The notes beneath the pieces are model-generated. The model was given only the letters and a program-made list of their open reading frames with translations. It did not search any database and had not been told where the DNA came from. DNA of 61,276 bases, counting the filler. It is 5 parts of 5 records of this genome, joined end to end, with 100 filler letters (N's around TTAATTAATTAA, not from the genome) between each part and the next. Parts side by side here need not be neighbours in the genome. Positions count along the whole stretch, not along the records: positions 34,922 to 44,252 come from DRR378314_2250; positions 44,353 to 53,596 come from DRR378314_2252; 3 more parts are not named here. One strand, 5' to 3'. Made by a program: the position numbers and the translations under genes. Within the stretch, counting starts at the first letter, position 1. Each line of letters opens with the position of its first letter. Below, piece after piece: positions 38,823 to 49,609 of this stretch.

Positions 38823-39719
38823 ATGACATTGCATTCCATGACAGGCTTTGCATCCGGGCAGGGCGCACAGGACGGGTATACTTGGGTCTGGGATATCAGA
38901 TCGGTCAACGCCAAGGGGCTGGACCTGCGCGCACGGGTGCCGGATTGGCTTGGAGGTCTTGAAAATGAACTGAAAAAACGCGCATCCAAGAGGCTTGGCC
39001 GTGGCAATGTGTCGATCAACCTGCGTCTGAGCCGGACCGAGGACGGCAAAGGACAGATGCAGATCAACACCGCCGCATTGGAGAGCGCCCTTGCATCCGT
39101 CCGCGCGACGCAAGCACAGGCCGAGCAGGTCGGTCTGGTGCTCGCACCCGTTCGCGCAACGGATATCCTTCAGATGCGCGGCGTGTTGGAGCAAGCCTCC
39201 GCCGAGCAAAATACCGAACATCTGGTAAAGATGCTCCTATCCGAATTCGACTCACTTCTGAATGACTTTGTTAACATGCGCGCGGCCGAGGGCGCCGCAC
39301 TGTCTCAGGTGCTCACAGATCAGCTGTCCCGTATTGAAACGCTCTGCAACCAAGCCGCCCAGCGCGCTGCGGATCGTCAGCTGCAGATTGAGGACGCGCT
39401 GAAAGCGAACCTTGCCCGGGTGATTCAGAACAGTGAAGGCGCCGATCCGGATCGTGTCGCGCAGGAGCTGGCGCTGATCGCGGTGAAGTCGGATGTGACA
39501 GAGGAGCTGGACCGGCTTGCGGCCCATGTCACTGCCGCGCGCGCCCCGCTCGACACGGGAGGCCTGATCGGGCGAAAGCTGGACTTCCTGATGCAGGAGT
39601 TCAACCGAGAGGCCAATACGCTCTGTTCAAAAGCGCAGAACGCGGCCTTGACCGAAGTGGGTTTGGAACTCAAAACCGTGATCGACCAGATGCGCGAGCA
39701 AGTCCAGAACATAGAATAA
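38823..39719 (+). CDS. yicC: YicC/YloC family endoribonuclease
   Basis: SMTGF, RSVNAKGLD, DVTEELDRL, GRKLDFLMQEFNREANT, QMREQVQNIE; GGAGG RBS. Confidence 0.93.
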   Translation: MTLHSMTGFASGQGAQDGYTWVWDIRSVNAKGLDLRARVPDWLGGLENELKKRASKRLGRGNVSINLRLSRTEDGKGQMQINTAALESALASVRATQAQAEQVGLVLAPVRATDILQMRGVLEQASAEQNTEHLVKMLLSEFDSLLNDFVNMRAAEGAALSQVLTDQLSRIETLCNQAAQRAADRQLQIEDALKANLARVIQNSEGADPDRVAQELALIAVKSDVTEELDRLAAHVTAARAPLDTGGLIGRKLDFLMQEFNREANTLCSKAQNAALTEVGLELKTVIDQMREQVQNIE

Positions 39720-39734
39720 GGAGCGACCCCTCTC

Positions 39735-40388
39735 ATGGCACAGAAACAGGCACAGCGGCGGGGCCTTCTCATCATCCTGTCGTCGCCCTCCGGCGCGGGC
39801 AAATCGACATTGGCAAAGCGCCTACGGGCCTGGGACAGCGACATCAGCTTTTCCGTCTCTGCCACCACGCGCAAACCGCGCCCCGGCGAGGTGGACGGGC
39901 AGGATTACCATTTCGTCTCGGTCGACTCGTTCAAACATGACGTGGCCGATGGCGAGATGCTGGAGCACGCGCATGTATTCGGCAATTTCTACGGCTCGCC
40001 CAAAGGGCCGGTGCAGCATGCCATCAACAACGGTCAGGACGTGCTGTTTGATATCGACTGGCAGGGCGCGCAGCAGATCACCAACTCCGATCTAGGCAAG
40101 CACACGCTGTCGATTTTCCTGCTGCCGCCCTCGATCACCGAGCTGCGGCGCCGGCTGGAAAACCGGGCGCAGGACGATGACGAGACCATCCAGCGCCGGA
40201 TGCAGAAAAGCTGGGACGAGATTTCGCACTGGGGGTCTTATGACCATGTGCTGATCAACGAGGATCTCGACGAGACCGAAGAGAACCTCAGGACGATCAT
40301 CAAGGCCACCCGTCTGCGCCGCCTGCAACAACCATCTCTGATCGACCACGCGCGCACCCTGCAACAGGAATTCGAGGAGCTGTCATGA
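39735..40388 (+). CDS. gmk: Guanylate kinase
   Basis: [35 protein letters not shown]. Confidence 0.96.
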   Translation: MAQKQAQRRGLLIILSSPSGAGKSTLAKRLRAWDSDISFSVSATTRKPRPGEVDGQDYHFVSVDSFKHDVADGEMLEHAHVFGNFYGSPKGPVQHAINNGQDVLFDIDWQGAQQITNSDLGKHTLSIFLLPPSITELRRRLENRAQDDDETIQRRMQKSWDEISHWGSYDHVLINEDLDETEENLRTIIKATRLRRLQQPSLIDHARTLQQEFEELS

Positions 40389-40906
40389 CCCTTTATGCCC
40401 TTGGAGCCCACCAGCCGCAGATCCACCCCGACACCTGGGTCGCCCCGGATGCCAACCTGATCGGGCAGGTGGTACTGGAGGAGGGGGCCTCGGTCTGGTT
40501 CGGCGTCACCATCCGCGCCGATCACGAGGAAATCCGCGTTGGCCGTGGCTCCAATGTGCAGGAAAACGTGGTCATGCATATTGATGCGGGCTACCCCCTC
40601 AGCATTGGTGAGAACTGCACCATTGGTCACAAGGTCATGCTGCATGGCTGCACCATTGGCGAAAACTCCCTAATCGGCATGGGGGCCACCATTCTCAACG
40701 GTGCCAAGATCGGTAAGAACTGTTTGATAGGCGCGGGCGCTCTGATCACGGAGAACAAGGAAATTCCTGATAATTCTCTGGTCATGGGCGCACCGGGCAA
40801 AGTGGTGCGCGAAGTGGACGCCGCCCTCGTCGCCAAGCTGGCCGACAGCGCCCTGCATTATCAGGAGAACATGCGCCGTTTCAAAGCGGAGCTGAAGGAG
40901 ATTTGA
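40385..40906 (+). CDS. Gamma carbonic anhydrase family protein
   Basis: Hexapeptide repeats, [19 protein letters not shown]. Confidence 0.92.
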   Translation: MTLYALGAHQPQIHPDTWVAPDANLIGQVVLEEGASVWFGVTIRADHEEIRVGRGSNVQENVVMHIDAGYPLSIGENCTIGHKVMLHGCTIGENSLIGMGATILNGAKIGKNCLIGAGALITENKEIPDNSLVMGAPGKVVREVDAALVAKLADSALHYQENMRRFKAELKEI

Positions 40907-42090
40907 CCGTGAAGAATTGCCGCCCCTCCGTCATGCGACCACATGGTCTGCCCGAGAGCGCCAGCCATCCCGTGGTCACCCCGCTCAGTCCCTCTGTTGT
41001 CTACGCATCCGAGACACCGGATGCGCTGGACGATCAGTATGAGGGCCGCGTCCACGGTTATACCTACTCACGTGAGGGGCATCCAAACGCCGATGTGATC
41101 GCGCGCCGTCTTGATGATATGGAGGGGGCATCGGGTGGTGTGGTGACCGGTTCGGGCATGGCGGCGGTCTCTGCCGTTCTGATGGGGCTTTTGCAGACAG
41201 GCGACCACGTCATCGGCGGCGATCAGCTATATGGCCGCTCCCTGCGATTGATGAAGGAAGACCTGCCGCGTCTCGGCATCGCGACGACATTGGCCAACCC
41301 CGGCGATGTGGAGGCCATCCGCGCGGCCATCCGTCCCGAGACCAAGCTCATCCTGGTGGAGGCTGTGTCCAACCCGACGCTGGCGGTGGCGGATATCGAC
41401 GGGATTGCCGCGCTGTGCCGCGAGCACGGTCTCCTGCTGGTGGTCGACAATACCTTTACCACGCCGCGCGGGTTCAAACCGTTCGACCATGGTGCCGACA
41501 TCGTGATCCATTCGGTGACCAAGCTGCTGGCGGGGCATTCCGACGTGATGCTGGGCTATGTGGTCGCAAAGGATGCCGCACTCAATGACCGGATGCGGGT
41601 GTTTTCCGTCACCACCGGCATGACGCCAAGCCCCTTTGACTGCTGGCTGGCGGAGCGCGGGTTGCTGTCGTTTGACCTGCGCTTTGATCGTGCCGAAGCC
41701 ACAGCCGCCCGTCTGGCCGACCACATTGCAGGGCTGCCGGGTGTCAAGCGTGTGCTGTATCCGACGCGTCACGACCACCCCGATCACGGGCGTGCAGAAA
41801 CGCTGCTGAAGGGCAGGGGCTGTAACATGGTCAGCTTCGAGCTGGACGGCGGGCGCGACGCCGCCAATGCCTTCACCCGTGCCGCGGAGGGGCTGTCCTT
41901 TGCGCCGACGCTGGGGGATGTGGGCACCACGCTGTCGCACCCCGCCTCCTCGTCACATCGGGCGCTGTCGCCTGAGAACCGCGCCGAGCTGGGTTTGCAC
42001 GAGGGGTTCTTTCGCGTTTCGGTCGGGCTGGAGGATCCAGACACGCTCTGCCGCATCTTCGAAGACGCGATCACGGCTGCCACGTCATAG
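40903..42090 (+). CDS. PLP-dependent trans-sulfuration enzyme (cystathionine gamma-synthase/lyase family)
   Basis: YSREGHPN, SGMAA, SNP, VDNTF, HSVTKLLAGHSD, RVSVGLE. Confidence 0.9.
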   Translation: MTVKNCRPSVMRPHGLPESASHPVVTPLSPSVVYASETPDALDDQYEGRVHGYTYSREGHPNADVIARRLDDMEGASGGVVTGSGMAAVSAVLMGLLQTGDHVIGGDQLYGRSLRLMKEDLPRLGIATTLANPGDVEAIRAAIRPETKLILVEAVSNPTLAVADIDGIAALCREHGLLLVVDNTFTTPRGFKPFDHGADIVIHSVTKLLAGHSDVMLGYVVAKDAALNDRMRVFSVTTGMTPSPFDCWLAERGLLSFDLRFDRAEATAARLADHIAGLPGVKRVLYPTRHDHPDHGRAETLLKGRGCNMVSFELDGGRDAANAFTRAAEGLSFAPTLGDVGTTLSHPASSSHRALSPENRAELGLHEGFFRVSVGLEDPDTLCRIFEDAITAATS

Positions 42091-42144
42091 TTACATTTCC
42101 CGGCTAAACAGATCGCCACGACGAAAACAACGAGGCAGAGTCTC

Positions 42145-43185
42145 ATGTCGCAAGAGTTAATCGACGGTCTGCTGGCCGCGATACCGATGCCAGCCGTCTT
42201 GGTCGACCAGACCGAGCGGTTCATCGCGGCCAATGTCGAGGGTATAACGCTTCTGGGTCCGCAGATCGTCGGGCGACACTTTGCCACGATCCTACGTCAA
42301 CCGGGCGTCACCACGGCGATCGAGACCTGCCTTTTGGACCGCCAGCCACGCACCGCGCGCCACCTGTCCAACGATGGCGCACAGGACACGACTTTCGAGG
42401 TCACTCTGCGGTATGTGCCTGGCGTCGGCGCGGTCAAAGGCGGTGCAGTGCTGGTGTGCTTTGCAGATATCACCGACCGAGAAACGGCCAGCCAGATGCG
42501 CCGGGACTTTGTGGCCAACGTCAGCCACGAGCTGCGCACGCCGCTGACCGCGCTTATGGGGTTCATCGAGACCTTGCGCGGGGCCGCACGCGATGATTCG
42601 GAGGCACGAGATCGCTTTCTTAGCATCATGGAGGGCGAAGCCAGCCGCATGAACCGTCTGGTGGGGGATCTCCTGTCCCTAAATCGGGTTGAAAGCGAGG
42701 AGCGCGTGCGCCCCAAGGAGCGCATCGATCTGGTGCAGCATTTGCAGTCCACCATTAAATCCCTGGAACCGCTTGCGGCATCGGGTGGCACGTCGCTAAC
42801 GCTGGATGCACCGAGCACACCGGTGGAAATTCCCGCCGACGCCGATCAGATTCAGCAGGTCTTCACCAATCTGATCGAGAACGGTTTGAAATACGGCGGC
42901 GAAAACGTCTCCGTGACCTTGACCGTGCTGGAACGCGACCCGGCGCTGCGATGCCCGGCTGTGCGGGTGCAGGTCATTGATGACGGCCCCGGCATCAACC
43001 CCGTGCATCTGCCCCGTCTCACTGAACGCTTCTATCGCGCTGACAACCACAGATCACGAGAGCTGGGTGGCACGGGGCTTGGCCTGGCGATCGTGAAACA
43101 CATCATCAACAGGCACCGTGGCCGGTTGCGGGTGGAAAGCGATCTTGGAAAGGGTGCGACCTTCACGGTCATCCTGCCGCAGTAA
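42145..43185 (+). CDS. phoR: Phosphate regulon sensor histidine kinase without TM segments
   Basis: PAS-like N-terminus, RRDFVANVSHELRTPLT, LTERFYR, GGTGLGLAIVKHI; directly upstream of pstS. Confidence 0.9.
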   Translation: MSQELIDGLLAAIPMPAVLVDQTERFIAANVEGITLLGPQIVGRHFATILRQPGVTTAIETCLLDRQPRTARHLSNDGAQDTTFEVTLRYVPGVGAVKGGAVLVCFADITDRETASQMRRDFVANVSHELRTPLTALMGFIETLRGAARDDSEARDRFLSIMEGEASRMNRLVGDLLSLNRVESEERVRPKERIDLVQHLQSTIKSLEPLAASGGTSLTLDAPSTPVEIPADADQIQQVFTNLIENGLKYGGENVSVTLTVLERDPALRCPAVRVQVIDDGPGINPVHLPRLTERFYRADNHRSRELGGTGLGLAIVKHIINRHRGRLRVESDLGKGATFTVILPQ

Positions 43186-43384
43186 CACATTCGCGCCTCC
43201 AAATCTGATCCAAAACGGCATGCGGCGCGACGCTCCACACCGCTCGACCGGGACTGTTCGTGGTCTTTTGTGACGGCATATTAATCTTTGCATCCTCACG
43301 TCTTCCACGCAAAACCGTGCTGGCAGCGCGGTAATTCCCTATTTCTCATGACTGTTTCGGTTTTTTTTCAGTTCAGGGGTGCGG

Positions 43385-43413
43385 TCGTCATATAACTGTT
43401 ACGTCTCTGTCAC
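43385..43413 (+). promoter_or_regulatory. Pho box (three half-sites at 11-bp spacing)
   Basis: TCGTCAT-ataa-CTGTTAC-gtct-CTGTCAC upstream of pstS, matching the CTGTCAT-N4 repeat. Confidence 0.85.
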
Positions 43414-43496
43414 AAAAGCCACACCTGCGCCTTCTAGGAGGGGCTCAAGATCATCTTGGGGGTGATCGTAAATTTCTTAAACTCATGGAGACGTAA

Positions 43497-44252
43497 ATGT
43501 CCTTTGTGAAACTGACCGCATCCACCCTGGCCATCGCCGCCGTATCGGCAACCGCAGCTGCTGCGCGTGACCAGGTGCAGGTCGCTGGCTCCTCCACCGT
43601 TCTGCCCTATGCTTCGATCGTTGCCGAAGCCTTTGGCGAAAACTTCGACTTCCCGACCCCGGTTGTTGAGTCCGGTGGCTCATCCGCTGGCCTGAAGCGT
43701 TTCTGTGAAGGCGTTGGTGAGAACACCATCGACGTGGCGAACGCGTCCCGCGCCATCAAGGAAAAAGAAATCAAAGCCTGCGCCGACGCCGGCGTGACCG
43801 ACATCATCGAAGTCCGCATCGGCTATGATGGCATCGTGTTCGCCTCCGACATCGACGGAAACGGTTTCGAATTCACACCGTCCGACTGGTTCCTGGCGCT
43901 GTCTGATCAGGTCGTTGTTGACGGCGCACTGGCTGCCAACCCGAACAAATCCTGGAACGAAGTGAACGCGGATTTCCCCGCTCAACCCATCCAGGCGTTC
44001 ATCCCTGGCACCAAGCACGGCACCCGTGAAGTGTTTGAAGACAAGGTAGTCCTCGCAGGCTGCGAAGAGACCGGCGCCTTCGACCTTCTGAAGGAAGCCA
44101 ACGGTGGCGACGAGAAAGCCGCCGAGAAAGCCTGCATCTCCCTGCGCACCGATGGTGTGTCCGTGGACATTGACGGCGATTACACCGAAACTCTGGCCCG
44201 CATCGCCTCCAACAAGGACGGCATCGGCGTCTTTGGTCTGGCGTTCTACGAG
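43497..44252 (+). CDS. pstS: Phosphate ABC transporter substrate-binding protein (3' end cut by contig end)
   Basis: Signal peptide, AGSSTVLPY, GGSSAGLKRFC, NASR, GYDG, HGTR. Confidence 0.93.
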
Positions 44253-44352
44253 NNNNNNNNNNNNNNNNNNNNNNNNNNNNNNNNNNNNNNNNNNNNTTAA
44301 TTAATTAANNNNNNNNNNNNNNNNNNNNNNNNNNNNNNNNNNNNNNNNNNNN
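44253..44352. other. Artificial contig linker
   Basis: N44-TTAATTAATTAA-N44. Confidence 0.98.
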
Positions 44353-44427
44353 GAGGAAAAAGTCGCGGCGATCACGCTGGACGGGGATGGCAACCCGACC
44401 GGGCTGAAACCTGTCGAGGGGCTGTAA
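44353..44427 (+). CDS. xseB: Exodeoxyribonuclease VII small subunit, C-terminal fragment
   Basis: Manual translation EEKVAAITLDGDGNPTGLKPVEGL*; conserved xseB-ispA-dxs order. Confidence 0.8.
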   Translation, partial: EEKVAAITLDGDGNPTGLKPVEGL

Positions 44428-44433
44428 GGCTTC

Positions 44434-45300
44434 GTGTTTGCCGATGCCTTGAACAAAGCCGCGGATCGCGTTGCGGCGCATTTCGATCACATATTGGCCC
44501 GGATGGATGATGTGCCCGTTGTGCAGGCCATGGCCCATGCCACACGCGGCGGCAAACGCCTGCGCGGGTTTCTGGTGTTGGAGACGGCACGGCTGCATGG
44601 CATCGGACCTGAGGCGGCGATCTGGCCCGCCACAGCGATTGAGGCCTTGCATGCCTATTCTTTGGTGCATGACGATCTGCCCTGCATGGATGACGATGAT
44701 CTGAGGCGCGGCGCACCCACCGTGCATCGCAAATGGGACGAGGCAACAGCGGTGCTGGCAGGGGATGCCCTGCAATCGCTGGCCTTTGAACTGGTCACCG
44801 CCCCGGAGGTCGGCAGCGGCGATCTGTGCGCAAAACTGGCGCGGACGCTAGCCGTGGCATCCGGTGCGCAGGGGATGGTTTTGGGTCAGGCGCTGGATAT
44901 CGCTGCCGAAACCGCTACCGCGTCGCTGTCTCTGGAAGACATCACCGCCCTGCAACAGGGCAAGACCGGTGCCTTGATCGCCTGGGCCGCCTTGGCGGGG
45001 CCGCGCATGGCCGGGGCAGACACAGCACCATTGGCCGCCTATGCCAAGGCGCTTGGCCTTGCCTTTCAGATTGCGGATGACATTCTGGATGTGACCGGCG
45101 ATACCGCCACTGTTGGCAAGGCGACCGGCAAGGACGCCTCTGCCGGCAAGGCCACATTTGTTTCCCATCTGGGTCTGGATGGGGCCAAACGCCGCGCTGA
45201 TGAGCTGATGCAATCCGCCTGTGATGCATTAAGTGTTTATGGCGAGGATGCCGATACACTGCGCGACGCGGCCCGTTTTGTCGTCGCCCGCAAGAACTGA
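44434..45300 (+). CDS. ispA: Farnesyl diphosphate synthase
   Basis: [35 protein letters not shown]. Confidence 0.95.
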   Translation: MFADALNKAADRVAAHFDHILARMDDVPVVQAMAHATRGGKRLRGFLVLETARLHGIGPEAAIWPATAIEALHAYSLVHDDLPCMDDDDLRRGAPTVHRKWDEATAVLAGDALQSLAFELVTAPEVGSGDLCAKLARTLAVASGAQGMVLGQALDIAAETATASLSLEDITALQQGKTGALIAWAALAGPRMAGADTAPLAAYAKALGLAFQIADDILDVTGDTATVGKATGKDASAGKATFVSHLGLDGAKRRADELMQSACDALSVYGEDADTLRDAARFVVARKN

Positions 45301-45308
45301 GGGAATTC

Positions 45309-47237
45309 ATGACCGACCGCCCCAAGACCCCGATACTGGACCGTGTCACACGCCCTGCGGATATGAAACAGCTCAGCGATGCGGAGCTGCACCAGCTGGC
45401 GCATGAACTGCGTGCAGAAACCGTTTCCGCCGTCTCGGTCACCGGCGGGCATCTGGGCGCGGGCCTTGGCGTGGTGGAGTTAACCGTTGCGCTGCATGCT
45501 GTGTTTGACACGCCCCGCGACAAGGTGATCTGGGATGTGGGACATCAGTGTTACCCGCATAAAATCCTGACCGAACGGCGCGACCGTATCCGCACCTTGC
45601 GGCAAAAGGACGGGCTTAGCGGCTTCACCAAACGCAGTGAGTCCCCCTATGATCCCTTTGGCGCGGCGCATTCGTCGACTTCGATCTCTGCCGCCCTCGG
45701 CTTTGCCGTGGCACGTGATCTGGGCGGCGCCCCGCCCGAGGGTGTCGGGGATGCCATCGCGGTCATCGGTGACGGCTCGATGTCGGCCGGTATGGCCTAT
45801 GAGGCGTTGAACAACGCCGGCCATCTAAAGAAACGCCTGATTGTGATCCTGAATGACAACGAGATGTCGATTGCCCCACCGGTTGGGGCAATGTCATCTT
45901 ATCTTAGTCGACTTTATGCCGAGGAACCGTTTCAGGAATTCAAGGCCGCCGCCAAAGGCGCGGTCAGCCTGCTGCCCGAACCTTTCCGCGAAGGGGCAAA
46001 ACGCGCCAAGGATATGCTGAAAGGCATCGCCGTCGGCGGCACCCTGTTTGAACAACTGGGGTTTTCCTATCTGGGACCGATTGACGGGCATGACATGGAT
46101 CAGCTGCTGCCGGTCCTGCGCACCGTCAAGGCACGTGCTACAGGGCCGATCCTGATCCATGTGCTGACCAAAAAGGGCAAAGGGTATGGCCCTGCCGAGA
46201 CAGCCCGCGACAAGGGCCATGGTGTGTCCAAGTTCAACGTGGTCACTGGCGAGCAGAAAAAGGCACCCTCCAACGCGCCCAGCTATACATCGGTTTTTGC
46301 CGACAGCCTGCTGCAGGAAGCCGCCAAGGACGACAAGATTTGCGCGATCACCGCTGCAATGCCGGATGGCACCGGGCTGAACCTTTTTGCCGAACGCTAC
46401 CCCTCGCGCTGTTTTGACGTGGGCATTGCCGAACAACATGGCGTGACCTTTTGCGCTGCTTTGGCGGCTGGCGGGATGAAACCCTTTTGCGCGATGTATT
46501 CCACCTTCCTGCAACGCGGCTATGATCAGGTTGTGCATGATGTGGCCATCCAGCGCCTGCCGGTGCGCTTTGCCATTGATCGCGCGGGCCTTGTCGGCGC
46601 GGATGGGGCTACCCACGCAGGGGCGTTTGACGTGGCCTATCTTGCCAATCTGCCCGGTTTTGTCGTGATGGCCGCCGCGGATGAGGCCGAGTTAAAGCAT
46701 ATGGTCGCCACCGCAGTTGCCCATAATGACGGGCCCATCGCATTCCGCTTTCCACGTGGCGAAGGCAACGGCGTAGACCTGCCCGAGCGTGGCATCCCAC
46801 TGGAAATCGGCAAGGGGCGCATGATCACCAAGGGCAGTCGCGTCGCGCTGCTTTCCTTCGGCACCCGGCTGGCGGAGGTTGAAAAAGCCGCAGAGGCGCT
46901 CTCGGCCAAAGGGATCACTCCCACCATTGCCGATGCGCGTTTTGCCAAGCCACTGGACCGTGACATGATCCTTGCACTGGCCGCTGATCATGAGGCGTTG
47001 ATCACCATTGAGGAAGGTGCCATGGGCGGATTCGGCTCCCATGTGGCGCAGCTTCTGGCGGATGAGGCTGTGTTTGATCGTGGGCTTAAATACCGTTCCA
47101 TGGTTCTGCCCGATACGTTTATCGATCAGGCCTCCCCCGCTGATATGTACTCGGTCGCGGGCATGAACGCCGAGCAGATAGAGGCCAAGGTTCTGGACAC
47201 ATTAGGTATCGCACAGATTGGCCAACAGACCGCCTGA
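45309..47237 (+). CDS. dxs: 1-deoxy-D-xylulose-5-phosphate synthase
   Basis: [47 protein letters not shown]. Confidence 0.97.
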   Translation: MTDRPKTPILDRVTRPADMKQLSDAELHQLAHELRAETVSAVSVTGGHLGAGLGVVELTVALHAVFDTPRDKVIWDVGHQCYPHKILTERRDRIRTLRQKDGLSGFTKRSESPYDPFGAAHSSTSISAALGFAVARDLGGAPPEGVGDAIAVIGDGSMSAGMAYEALNNAGHLKKRLIVILNDNEMSIAPPVGAMSSYLSRLYAEEPFQEFKAAAKGAVSLLPEPFREGAKRAKDMLKGIAVGGTLFEQLGFSYLGPIDGHDMDQLLPVLRTVKARATGPILIHVLTKKGKGYGPAETARDKGHGVSKFNVVTGEQKKAPSNAPSYTSVFADSLLQEAAKDDKICAITAAMPDGTGLNLFAERYPSRCFDVGIAEQHGVTFCAALAAGGMKPFCAMYSTFLQRGYDQVVHDVAIQRLPVRFAIDRAGLVGADGATHAGAFDVAYLANLPGFVVMAAADEAELKHMVATAVAHNDGPIAFRFPRGEGNGVDLPERGIPLEIGKGRMITKGSRVALLSFGTRLAEVEKAAEALSAKGITPTIADARFAKPLDRDMILALAADHEALITIEEGAMGGFGSHVAQLLADEAVFDRGLKYRSMVLPDTFIDQASPADMYSVAGMNAEQIEAKVLDTLGIAQIGQQTA

Positions 47238-47283
47238 TAGATACAGTTGAGAAGCTTAGCACGCAGAACTAACGGGACCTCAG

Positions 47284-48066
47284 CTAGTCCTTCTGCCGTG
47301 CGATCAGGGCATCAAGCCGCTGTTCAATCGCCGCCAGTCGCGCCGCCACATCATCGCGATAGGCCCCTGTCTCGGCGTTGCTTTCCTCGGCATGGGCGTC
47401 CTGCATCGAATTAACGATCAGGCCGACCAACAGGTTCACCACTGCAAAGGTTGTGACCATAATGAAGGGGATGAAGAACAGCCAGGCCAGCGGATAGGTC
47501 TCCATCACCGGCCGCACGATCCCCATCGACCAGCTTTCCAAGGTCATGATCTGAAACAGCGAATACCCTGACCGCCCCAAGGTGCCGAACCATTCCTCAA
47601 AGGCGCTGCCGAACAGCTTGGTCGCAATCACCGCTCCGATGTAAAAGATCAGCGCCATCAGGGTAAAGACCGATGCCATGCCGGGCAGCGCGGTGATGAA
47701 CCCCTCAACCACCCGACGCAGCCGGGGCGCGGTCGACACCAGCCGCAGCACACGCAGGATTCGCAACGCCCGCAACGCCGACAGGCCGTCGGTTGCAGGC
47801 AGCAGCGAAATGCCCACAATGACAAAATCAAAAATGTTCCAGCCATCCCGGAAAAAGCGCAGCCGGTACACATACATTTTCAGCACCAGCTCAACGACAA
47901 AAATCGTCAGACAAAGACTGTCCAGAAATAACATCAGCGGCCCGAAGGCACGTACCGCGCGGTCCGAAGTTTCCAGCCCCAGCAAAATGGCGTTAAAGAT
48001 GATAACACCCATGATAAAGCTGCCAAAAGCGCCGCTTTCCAGAAGCGTTTGAATTTTATGACGCAC
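47284..48066 (-). CDS. Bacterial voltage-gated sodium channel (NaChBac/BacNav family)
   Basis: WNIFDF, S4 LRALRILRVLRL, filter FQIMTLESWSM, C-terminal coiled coil. Confidence 0.93.
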   Translation of the reverse strand: MRHKIQTLLESGAFGSFIMGVIIFNAILLGLETSDRAVRAFGPLMLFLDSLCLTIFVVELVLKMYVYRLRFFRDGWNIFDFVIVGISLLPATDGLSALRALRILRVLRLVSTAPRLRRVVEGFITALPGMASVFTLMALIFYIGAVIATKLFGSAFEEWFGTLGRSGYSLFQIMTLESWSMGIVRPVMETYPLAWLFFIPFIMVTTFAVVNLLVGLIVNSMQDAHAEESNAETGAYRDDVAARLAAIEQRLDALIARQKD

Positions 48067-48138
48067 GTGGAGTGATCCGAAGCTAGGGAAGGTCGCGCCC
48101 TATATGAGGGCAGCAACAGGGCAGGACAAGCACTGACG

Positions 48139-48723
48139 CTAGATCAACGCAATAACTGTGGCTGTGACACTAAGGCCGACAATCAGATACCCGGCCAATA
48201 CATAAATCCCGTCACGGGTGAACAGCCCAAAAGACAACAATGCAATCACCAACCCGCCAAAGGATGAAAAGAACGGCAGCATTTCCAGCGGTGGCCAGCT
48301 CAGCGGAAAGATCACACAGATCAACAAGGTGACCCAGCGCATCAGCCCTTGGGTCAAAAACCGCAGACGTGCCCGTGAGTGCCGGTCCAGAAAGGCACAG
48401 GGTTTGCGCATCCAGGATACCGCCTTGCGCACCCGCGCTGCCGACATGCTTCTGCGCTTCACCCATTCCGGCAGCCAAAGCGCCCCGCGCCCCAGCAATG
48501 CCTGCGCCGCAAGTACCACAATGATCACCGCACAGATTGTTGGCACGCCGGGAACCCCCGACAGGGGCGACACCAGCAGCAGCGAGACCAACAGGATAAA
48601 CGGGGTCACCGCGCGATCACCGAATTCAGCCAGTACATCAGCGACGCTCACAACCTCGCCCCGTGCCGCATGTGCGACACCGTCCAGCAAGAGCATCAGG
48701 GTATGATCAGTCTCACGGATCAT
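48139..48723 (-). CDS. ExoD family exopolysaccharide biosynthesis protein
   Basis: 'SPLSGVPG..WLP.W..PPLEMLPF..RDG' ExoD pattern. Confidence 0.85.
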   Translation of the reverse strand: MIRETDHTLMLLLDGVAHAARGEVVSVADVLAEFGDRAVTPFILLVSLLLVSPLSGVPGVPTICAVIIVVLAAQALLGRGALWLPEWVKRRSMSAARVRKAVSWMRKPCAFLDRHSRARLRFLTQGLMRWVTLLICVIFPLSWPPLEMLPFFSSFGGLVIALLSFGLFTRDGIYVLAGYLIVGLSVTATVIALI

Positions 48724-49567
48724 CGCGCAACATTGCCGCCAGCCCGCTGCGGTAATCCGGATATTTTGGCCGCCAGCCCAGCGCATCTTTGATCCGGTTG
48801 TTACGCACCTTTTTGCTTTCGGCATAAAAGCTGCGCGCCATCGGGGTCATATCGGCTGTTTCAAATGCCAACGCCTCGGGCAAGGGTACCCCTAACAACT
48901 CCGCCGCATGGCCAATCACATCCTGCGGCGGTGCCGGATCATCATCACACAGGTTGTACACCGCCCCCGCGTCAGGTTGTGCCATCGACAGCTCCAGCGC
49001 CTGTGCAATGTCTTCGACGTGGATGCGCGAAAACACCTGCCCGGCTTTGATGATCCGCCGCGCCGTGCCCTTGCGCACCTTGGCAAAGGGTCCGCGCCCC
49101 GGACCGTAGATCCCCGCAAGCCGGAAAATATGCAGCGGCAGATCGGGAATCGCCTGCCATGCCGCCTCTGCTTCAACCCGCAACTGGCCCCGCTTGGTCG
49201 CGGGGGTAAGCGGGGTATCCTCATCCACCCAAGCGCCCTGATGGTCACCGTAAACCCCGGTGGTCGACAGGTAACCCGCCCAGCGCAGCTTGGGAGCCAT
49301 GACGGTGATCTCGTTCCTCAACACATTCAGGACCGGATCACCCTCCGCTCCCGGCCCTGCTGAAACCAACAGATATTGCGCCGCCTCCAACAGGTCCGTG
49401 ATATCCGTACCCGGCCATAACACCGGCTCAACGCCGGTGGCGGCAATCTCTGCCATCTTATCCGCTGACCGCGTGGTCCCGATGATCCGCCAGCCCTGCG
49501 GCACCAACCGTGCCGCAAGTGCCCGCGCACTATAGCCATGACCAAATGATATAAGGGTTTTTTCCAT
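48713..49567 (-). CDS. NAD-dependent epimerase / atypical SDR oxidoreductase
   Basis: FGHGYS, YLSTTGVYGD, FRLAGIYGPGR, RIHVEDIA. Confidence 0.9.
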   Translation of the reverse strand: MEKTLISFGHGYSARALAARLVPQGWRIIGTTRSADKMAEIAATGVEPVLWPGTDITDLLEAAQYLLVSAGPGAEGDPVLNVLRNEITVMAPKLRWAGYLSTTGVYGDHQGAWVDEDTPLTPATKRGQLRVEAEAAWQAIPDLPLHIFRLAGIYGPGRGPFAKVRKGTARRIIKAGQVFSRIHVEDIAQALELSMAQPDAGAVYNLCDDDPAPPQDVIGHAAELLGVPLPEALAFETADMTPMARSFYAESKKVRNNRIKDALGWRPKYPDYRSGLAAMLRDDP

Positions 49568-49609
49568 GGCGCGAAAATGGCCCGCACTGCCGCACATCAC
49601 AAGGGGCAA

